Part shown: positions 57,576 to 64,000 of the stretch, piece by piece
Layout: every line of letters starts with the position of its first letter
Numbering within the stretch: the first letter of the stretch is position 1
Source: Sphingorhabdus sp.
Lineage (GTDB): Bacteria; Pseudomonadota; Alphaproteobacteria; Sphingomonadales; Sphingomonadaceae
Assembly (NCBI RefSeq): GCF_044357595.1
Contig: NZ_JBIKPH010000001.1
Span: 29,863 to 93,862 of the forward strand
Length of the DNA: 64,000 nucleotides
Reading direction: 5' to 3'
Translations under genes and position numbers: made by a program
The notes under the pieces: model-generated
What the model was told of the DNA's origin: nothing
What the model saw: only the letters and a program-made list of their open reading frames with translations
The model's database searches: none

Positions 57576-58940
57576 CTAACCAATTCTCGCGCCTTGGCGG
57601 ATCAGTTCCTGTTGCACAGCGCTGATATCAACGTCACAAAAATCCCGGTCCGACTTGACCGCCAACGCGGCTGCAACGCCGGCGCCTTGCCCTGAAACCG
57701 CGCAGCACATCATGTTTCGTACGGCCGCATGGCTGACCTTGTCGCCACCAATCACGCGGCCGGCGGTAATCAAATGCTTCACACTCTTGGGCAACATCGA
57801 CCGGTAGGGCAGATGGAAATAGCGGCCTGTAGTTGGTAAAATAAGATAGCCGTAGCCGTCGATAAATTCCGGGAAGATGCCAATGCTATCGTCAAACCGG
57901 CCTTGTTCCATCACGTCGTCTGCCGTCATATTGTACACCGCATCAATCTTGCGCGTATCGCGAATGCCGAGCGTCATACCGAAGTTTCGTAGCTTGGCCT
58001 CCTCACAGCCGGGCATGAACGCCTGCAACGCCGCAATGGCATGCATCGCCTGCTTACGCCCTGCCATCTCGCCATGCGTTAGCGCATCGGGGTTGGTACC
58101 GTCGAGATAGAGGTGGCACATGTTGAGATAGGTCAGGTCCCCCTGATCCGAGACTGTACCCCAAGTGCCCGCCATTGTTTTCACGCTGTCTGGGATCAGC
58201 CCTGCTTCCAATGCCTTTTGAAACGGCTTACGCAAAAAGGGCGAAAACATCTCATCCTCTTTGCCGCTGGTGATCACTTCCCACTCACCACCCACAGCCC
58301 AGTCACCATAGGTCTGCGGGTCGGCCTTTACGGCGTCAATAAACCGGGTCTTATTGACGCCGCACATCGAAAACATGACCGAGACGGACATCATCTCGTC
58401 GACCGGATGCATATGCGTCGGGGCCCCGGCCCGGTGGGCAATGTCGGCATCTCCCGTTGCGTCAATCACGCGTTTGGCGAGGATAGCTTCTCGTCCCGCC
58501 TTGCTCTCCACAATCACGCCGCGGATCGTGTTTCCGTCCATGATCGGCGCAACGCATAATCTGTGGAGCATCGGGATGACGCCTGCTTCTTCCACCAGCG
58601 TGTCTGCTACAAATTTGAAGGCTTCGGCATCCAGACTGTGGCTGATGGATTGGGGCTCAGGCATGGCTGCGCCCATCAACTTTGCGCGGTCTTCGAACTC
58701 ACGTCCGATGCCTTCACTGTCGATGGTTGCCGGATGCCGATACCAAGCAAAACCCTCGACCCCAACTTGGGTGATATTGCCGCCGAAGCAGCCATAACGT
58801 TCCAGCAACGTCGTTTCGACGCCCGCCCGCGCCGATGCCAACGCGGCGGCAAGGCCGCCAGGGCCGGAGCCAATGACAAGGACATCCGTCTGGCGGATTA
58901 CATCAATTTTGCGAGCGGGTTCGAGGATAGTATTCATCAT
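57576..58940 (-). CDS. FAD-dependent oxidoreductase
   Basis: DVLVIGSGPGG, IDATGDAD, LPYRSMLP, AVRNMMCC; start overlaps the betA stop. Confidence 0.88.
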   Translation of the reverse strand: MMNTILEPARKIDVIRQTDVLVIGSGPGGLAAALASARAGVETTLLERYGCFGGNITQVGVEGFAWYRHPATIDSEGIGREFEDRAKLMGAAMPEPQSISHSLDAEAFKFVADTLVEEAGVIPMLHRLCVAPIMDGNTIRGVIVESKAGREAILAKRVIDATGDADIAHRAGAPTHMHPVDEMMSVSVMFSMCGVNKTRFIDAVKADPQTYGDWAVGGEWEVITSGKEDEMFSPFLRKPFQKALEAGLIPDSVKTMAGTWGTVSDQGDLTYLNMCHLYLDGTNPDALTHGEMAGRKQAMHAIAALQAFMPGCEEAKLRNFGMTLGIRDTRKIDAVYNMTADDVMEQGRFDDSIGIFPEFIDGYGYLILPTTGRYFHLPYRSMLPKSVKHLITAGRVIGGDKVSHAAVRNMMCCAVSGQGAGVAAALAVKSDRDFCDVDISAVQQELIRQGARIG

Positions 58941-60604
58941 CTCTGGGCAACTTCCCAATTTGGCGCGACATAAAAAGGCGCGTTGGACGGGGCAAGCATT
59001 GGCTTTCCAAGGATGTGATCGGCGCCCTTTTCACCAATCATGATCGTCGGCGCATTAAGATTGCCTGTGGTGATGGTCGGCATAACGCCGCTATCGACAA
59101 CGCGAAGTCCTTGGACACCGATGACGCGCAATTCAGGGTCTACGACCGCCATTGGATCACGCGGGCTGCCCATCTTGCATGTGCAGCTGGGATGTAATGC
59201 GCTTTCAACATGTTCGGCAATGAAGGCATCAATCTGCGCATCGGTGACAGTGTCAGCGCCGGGCTGAATTTCACGTCCACGGAATGGCGCAAAGGCCGGT
59301 TGTTGAAAAATCTCGCGGGTCAGCCGCACACAGGCCCGCATCTCCGCCCAGTCGTCGGGATGGCTCATATAATTGAACAGGATTTTGGGCTTGTCGTGCG
59401 GGTCTGCGCTTTTGAGCGTCACTGTGCCTCGGCTTTTCGAGCGCATGGGGCCGACATGGGCTTGAAAGCCATGTTCGGTTGCCAGCGACGATCCGTCATA
59501 ATTGATTGCCATTGGAAAGAAATGATATTGGACATCAGGATATTTTATACCCGCACGGCTGCGGATAAAGCCGCAGCTTTCAAACTGGTTTGACGCCCCC
59601 AAGCCTGATCGACCAAATAGCCATTGCGCGCCGACCATCGCTTTACCGAGAAGATTTGCCTTGCCGTAAAGAGTGATGGGTTGGGTGCAGGCCATTTGAA
59701 AATAGAATTCCAGATGATCCTGTAAGTTTGCGCCGACACCGGGGCGGTCAGCGCGCACTTCTATGCCATTCGCTTGTAACTCGTCTGCGGGGCCAATGCC
59801 GGAAAGCTTGAGCAGCTGCACGGAATTGATAGGGCCGCCCGACAGGATGACTTCGCGCGTAGCGTGCAGCTGATGCATCTGCCCCGCTTGTTCATATTCC
59901 ACGCCAACCGCGCGCGTGCCTTCAAACAGGATGCGCGTGACAAGCGCCTGTTCAATAACTGTCATATTGGGCCGCTTACGGGCTTCGTAAAGATAGGCCT
60001 TGGCCGCCGAACAGCGCGTGCCGTCACGCACCGTCATATCCATTCGGCCAAAGCCTTCTTGGGCATAGCCATTATAGTCTTCGGTCAGGGCATAGCCCGC
60101 CTGTTGCGCGGCATCGAGCCACGCCTGATGCAGCGGGTTGTCGAGCGGGCCATAGCTGGTCGACAGTGGACCATCGCCGCCCCGATACTCGTTGCCTCCT
60201 TCGGCGCGGCCTTCGGCGCGTTTGAAATAGGGTAAAACGTCGGCATAGCCCCAACCGGTGGCGCCCTCATCCTCTTTCCAGCGTTCAAAATCGAGCGCGT
60301 TGCCGCGGACGTAGACAAGTCCGTTAATCGAAGAGGATCCGCCTAGACCCTTGCCGCGCGGGCAGTTCAGGCGTCGGTTATTCAAATGCGGCTCCGGCTC
60401 GCTTTCATAGCCCCAGTTCCAACGCTTGGTATTCATGGGATAGGCAAGCGCTGCTGGCATCTGAATGAAGATTGAGCGGTCACTGCCGCCATATTCAAGC
60501 AATACCACTTGATGCGTGCCATCGGCACTCAACCGGTCCGCCAGCACACAACCGGCAGACCCTGCACCGACGATGATATAATCGGCAGCCTCAATAAGGG
60601 GCAT
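58937..60604 (-). CDS. betA: choline dehydrogenase
   Basis: GAGSAG, FIQMPAAL, GKGLGGSSSINGLVYVRG, HGFQAHVGPMRSKSRG, HPSCTCKMG, GNLNAPT. Confidence 0.93.
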   Translation of the reverse strand: MPLIEAADYIIVGAGSAGCVLADRLSADGTHQVVLLEYGGSDRSIFIQMPAALAYPMNTKRWNWGYESEPEPHLNNRRLNCPRGKGLGGSSSINGLVYVRGNALDFERWKEDEGATGWGYADVLPYFKRAEGRAEGGNEYRGGDGPLSTSYGPLDNPLHQAWLDAAQQAGYALTEDYNGYAQEGFGRMDMTVRDGTRCSAAKAYLYEARKRPNMTVIEQALVTRILFEGTRAVGVEYEQAGQMHQLHATREVILSGGPINSVQLLKLSGIGPADELQANGIEVRADRPGVGANLQDHLEFYFQMACTQPITLYGKANLLGKAMVGAQWLFGRSGLGASNQFESCGFIRSRAGIKYPDVQYHFFPMAINYDGSSLATEHGFQAHVGPMRSKSRGTVTLKSADPHDKPKILFNYMSHPDDWAEMRACVRLTREIFQQPAFAPFRGREIQPGADTVTDAQIDAFIAEHVESALHPSCTCKMGSPRDPMAVVDPELRVIGVQGLRVVDSGVMPTITTGNLNAPTIMIGEKGADHILGKPMLAPSNAPFYVAPNWEVAQR

Positions 60605-62588
60605 CGATTGGCTCCATCGCAATATAGACGCTCTTTAACTGGGTATAATGTTCAATCGCCGCTTTGCCATTTTCGCGGCCAAGACCGGACTGCTTATTGC
60701 CGCCAAATGGCATTTCAATAGGCGTAATATTGTAGGTGTTGATCCAGCAGGTGCCTGCCTCCAGCGCCGCGATAACACGGTGCGCGCGGGGCAAGTTATT
60801 CGTAAAAATACCTGCAGCCAGACCAAAATCTGTATTGTTGGCCCGCGCAATAACCTCTGCTTCATCTTCAAAATCGAGCACTGCCATCACGGGGCCGAAA
60901 ATCTCTTCGCGGACGATGGCCATCTCGTCAGTACAGCCGGCGAAGATCGTTGGTTCGACAAAGGACCCCTGCGCAAGATTTCCATTTATCACCCGCTTGC
61001 CACCGGTCAGCAGGGTTGCGCCCTGCTGCTGACCAAGCGCAATATACCTCAGTACTTTTTCCATATGCGCCGGAGAAATCAGCGCGCCCATTTGGGTTGC
61101 GGGATGGAGCGGATCGCCAATCACTATCGCCTCAGTGCGCGCCTTCAGTTTTGCAAGAAACGCATCACGGACATTTCTATGAACAAATACCCGCGTGCCG
61201 TTGGTGCAAACCTCGCCCGCAGAATAGAAATTTGCGAGCAGAGCGCCGGAAACGGCTTCGTCGAGATCTGCGTCCTCGAAGACGATCAGCGCGGATTTTC
61301 CGCCAAGTTCAAAGGTCACATATTTTAGCGTGCCTGCCGCATCGACCATAACCTTTTTGCCAGTACCGACTTCGCCTGTCAGCGACACTTTGGCAATGCC
61401 GGGATGCAGGCTCAGCAAGCGGCCGGTGTCTGCCTTGCCTTGCACCACTTGGAATAGTCCATCCGGCAGGCCAGCATCGCGATAGGCCTTTTCCAGCTCA
61501 ATCGCGGTCAGCGGGGTAAGCTCGGCCGGTTTGAAGATCATAGCGTTTCCGCAAGCCAGCGCTGGTCCGGATTTCCAGCATGCGATCTGGATGGGGTAGT
61601 TCCAAGCGCCAATGCCAGCGACCACACCCAAGGGTTCGCGCCGGGAATAGCCGAATGCACCCGTGCCAAGATCATGATGTTCACCTGCTATCGTCCGTGC
61701 AAGGCCAGCATAATATTCGATGCAATCCGCGCCGGATAGAACATCCACAGCAATTGTTTCTTGAATGGGCTTGCCTGTATCTTGCGTCTCAAGTCGGGCG
61801 AGCGTTTCGTTGCGCTCAACAAGCAGCGCAGAAGCGCGGTGGAGGATACGCCCACGTTCCACACCTGGCGTTTTTGCCCACAGTTTTTGTGCTTCGGCCG
61901 CGCGACACACAGCATTGTCGACCTCTGCCTGTCCGTCTATCCGGATCGTCGCAAGCAGTTGCCCTGTCGCCGGGTTGATCGTGTCAAAATGCGATGCAAC
62001 CGGCAAAGGTCGAGGGGATTCTAAATTTCGCGCGATGAAATCAAAGATAAGATCCCGCGCTAAGCCGTTTTGTAATGCCCCGCCGCCATTCATCGCTGCG
62101 CGCAGCCAAACGCCATCAATCATCGCGGCTATGGTGTCCGCCATGGGCGATACATCACGCGCATCGACCAGCTGACGCAAATCAAATTTCAGGTTGGACA
62201 ACATGCGCTTTTGATGCGCGCGCTGCACGCGGGCAAGTTGCGGCACATGCAGGGCCTGCCCCCAAAAGGACAGCCAAATCCGGGCACTATCCTCCGCATA
62301 TACATTATGCCCCAGATGCGAATCCACCAGTGCCTCTATGCGCGCACGCGGCCCCGCAGCAAGCCCGATGCGCACTGTTGCCTGATTGTTCAGCTGACGC
62401 ACCACGGATCGGAAGGCAGCTTCGAGAAGGGCTTCTTTACTGCCAAAATAATGCACAATCAGCGCGGCCGAGACATGTGCTTGTCTCGCCACCTTATTGA
62501 ACGTGAATTCAACTATTCCATATTCAGCTATAACAACGATTGCCGAAGCAATAATATTTTGGTGACGCGCGTTAGAATGTCGGGGCAT
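60591..62588 (-). CDS. betB: fusion of BetI-type TetR repressor (about aa 1-190) and betaine aldehyde dehydrogenase
   Basis: BetI motifs WLSFWGQA, RMLSNL and AMIDGVWLR in frame with BetB motifs GIGAWNYPIQIACWKS, ELGGKS, GEVCTNGTRV, EEIFGP, SGLGRENG. Confidence 0.88.
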   Translation of the reverse strand: MPRHSNARHQNIIASAIVVIAEYGIVEFTFNKVARQAHVSAALIVHYFGSKEALLEAAFRSVVRQLNNQATVRIGLAAGPRARIEALVDSHLGHNVYAEDSARIWLSFWGQALHVPQLARVQRAHQKRMLSNLKFDLRQLVDARDVSPMADTIAAMIDGVWLRAAMNGGGALQNGLARDLIFDFIARNLESPRPLPVASHFDTINPATGQLLATIRIDGQAEVDNAVCRAAEAQKLWAKTPGVERGRILHRASALLVERNETLARLETQDTGKPIQETIAVDVLSGADCIEYYAGLARTIAGEHHDLGTGAFGYSRREPLGVVAGIGAWNYPIQIACWKSGPALACGNAMIFKPAELTPLTAIELEKAYRDAGLPDGLFQVVQGKADTGRLLSLHPGIAKVSLTGEVGTGKKVMVDAAGTLKYVTFELGGKSALIVFEDADLDEAVSGALLANFYSAGEVCTNGTRVFVHRNVRDAFLAKLKARTEAIVIGDPLHPATQMGALISPAHMEKVLRYIALGQQQGATLLTGGKRVINGNLAQGSFVEPTIFAGCTDEMAIVREEIFGPVMAVLDFEDEAEVIARANNTDFGLAAGIFTNNLPRAHRVIAALEAGTCWINTYNITPIEMPFGGNKQSGLGRENGKAAIEHYTQLKSVYIAMEPIDAPY

Positions 62589-62605
62589 AACATAGGTGTA
62601 TCAAA

Positions 62606-62625
62606 TATTGAACGTTGATTCAATA
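62606..62625. promoter_or_regulatory. BetI operator
   Basis: TATTGAA-CGTTGA-TTCAATA palindrome 18 bp upstream of the betI-betB start; resembles known ATTGA...TCAAT BetI boxes. Confidence 0.75.
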
Positions 62626-62666
62626 GCGACTGCAGATCCACGCCACCGTACTAGAAAAGGCTTTGG

Positions 62667-62717
62667 ACCGGAGCCATTCTCGGCACATTATACGTGGCGT
62701 GAGAGGAAGGCTCCGGT
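62667..62717. terminator. stem-loop downstream of the sulfatase gene
   Basis: ACCGGAGCC...GGCTCCGGT arms; no clean U-tract. Confidence 0.35.
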
Positions 62718-62753
62718 AATGGCTAACAACATGACCCCAACATCACTGCGCGC

Positions 62754-64000
62754 TTAGTTCGCCCAATAGACATATTCCTGATCCTTCTTCCATTGGGCGT
62801 TGAGCGGAACGTCGATCCGGATCGCGCCCTCGAGTAGGCCGGGCCATAATGGCGTGGGTAAACCTGCATTTTGTGCATCGATCAACTTACGCAGTTCCGC
62901 CACGCGTGCGGGTTCCTTGGCGGCCAAGTTGATTTGCTCGGTTGGGTCGGTGGCGAGGTTGAACAGCCATGCCTTTTCGGGACGTTTGGAAATTTGCAAT
63001 TTCCAGTCGCCCGCGCGGACAACGCGGTAATGCCCCGAACGCCAGAAGGTGATGTCGCGTTTTGGCCCCGTGCCAAATAGATTGAAGCTGTCCATCTTGC
63101 GATCACTGGGTAGGCTTGCACCAGTTGCCGCTGCAATCGTTGCAAACATATCGAGATGCTGGGCGACATCGTTGCGCACGGTACCCGGCGTGATTCTGCC
63201 GGGCCAGCGCATCAGCATCGGTACATGGATGCCTCCTTCGAAGAAGGTGCCTTTATACCCGCGATAGGGCGTGTTGTGGTCCTTTATGCCTGTGTACCAC
63301 GCGCCGCCATTGTCGCTGGTAAAGATAACCAGCGTATTGTTGTCGAGGCCTGTATCCTTCAGTTTTTGCAGGACATCGCCAATCCGCCGGTCAAGTTGGC
63401 GCATCATCGCGCCATAGACGCGCTGGGTATGATCCTTAATCTGCGGCAGAGCGTCATAATCCGATTTCAGCGCCTGCAATGGTGTGTGTGGTGCATTATA
63501 GGCGAGGTACATGAAGAAGGGCCGGTTCTTGTTTGCGTCAATCGCGGCCAGTGCATTGTCGGTGAAATAGTCAGTCAGATGGCCTTTGGGACGAAAGCGC
63601 TGACTGTCCCCCCAATAGATGGCATGCGGAAGATTTGCCCATAAAAAGCGATCGATGGGATCCCATGGCAACTTTGCATTGACGACTTGAGGGTCATCTT
63701 CAGCCATAAACAAATCTCCACCCGCACGCATGCCAAGACTTTCGTCAAAACCCTGTGACGTTGGCCGCAATGGTTTGGCTTCACCCAGATGCCATTTGCC
63801 GATGTGGATATTATGATACCCCTTGGCTTTCAGTATCTCGGGCAACATGATTTCCGCATTGGGCACCCCCATGTCGGCATAAGCGGGCAGGTCGTGGTTC
63901 AGTTCTTTATGATAGATGGTTGGATAAGGCGACGTGCCGTTGTTATGCGCCAGGCTTGAAACAAAAGCCGCTGGAACGGCGGTAAATTCAAAACCGAACC
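62754..64000 (-). CDS. sulfatase, 5' end outside the window
   Basis: Frame is open to the window edge (FGFEFT...); GKWHLG, NAPHTPLQA, FTSDNGG, FEGGIHVP. Confidence 0.92.
   Translation of the reverse strand, partial: FGFEFTAVPAAFVSSLAHNNGTSPYPTIYHKELNHDLPAYADMGVPNAEIMLPEILKAKGYHNIHIGKWHLGEAKPLRPTSQGFDESLGMRAGGDLFMAEDDPQVVNAKLPWDPIDRFLWANLPHAIYWGDSQRFRPKGHLTDYFTDNALAAIDANKNRPFFMYLAYNAPHTPLQALKSDYDALPQIKDHTQRVYGAMMRQLDRRIGDVLQKLKDTGLDNNTLVIFTSDNGGAWYTGIKDHNTPYRGYKGTFFEGGIHVPMLMRWPGRITPGTVRNDVAQHLDMFATIAAATGASLPSDRKMDSFNLFGTGPKRDITFWRSGHYRVVRAGDWKLQISKRPEKAWLFNLATDPTEQINLAAKEPARVAELRKLIDAQNAGLPTPLWPGLLEGAIRIDVPLNAQWKKDQEYVYWAN

Noticed and set aside
1-64000. Numerous short antisense or overlapping ORFs; CRISPR, tRNA, rRNA and IS elements
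   Set aside because: The short ORFs shadow well-supported genes and lack motifs. I saw no repeat-spacer array, RNA gene or transposase.

Overview
A gene-dense 64 kb bacterial window. The TonB receptor, many SDR/crotonase/TetR genes and sulfatases suggest an aerobic alphaproteobacterium, probably Sphingomonadales; this is inference only. The standout is a nickel-pincer-nucleotide (NPN) locus at about 2.9-13.8 kb. A TetR gene with a perfect 8-1-8 operator lies between two divergently transcribed paralogous triads, each made of a ferredoxin (two 4Fe-4S-type motifs plus a BFD domain), a roughly 470 aa protein and a MoeA/CinA-fold protein with a His-rich tail. The right arm continues, tightly coupled, into a Ni permease, nadD, larE, larB, an N-terminal-only larC and a degenerate nadC-like gene. 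No canonical larA is present. The two 470 aa proteins keep a K-x15-H motif spaced like the LarA NPN-anchoring Lys184 and Ni-ligand His200, but appear to lack the racemase catalytic His pair. I therefore propose a ferredoxin-coupled, possibly redox-active, non-racemase NPN enzyme system. The rest is catabolic: acyl-CoA/beta-oxidation-like enzymes, a stand-alone E2 acyltransferase domain, a sulfotransferase-DUF1214 operon, an FGE/arylsulfatase pair, two pseudogenes and a choline locus with an in-frame BetI-BetB repressor-enzyme fusion. I saw no rRNA, tRNA, CRISPR array or transposase. All calls come from motif recognition by eye, with no database searches.
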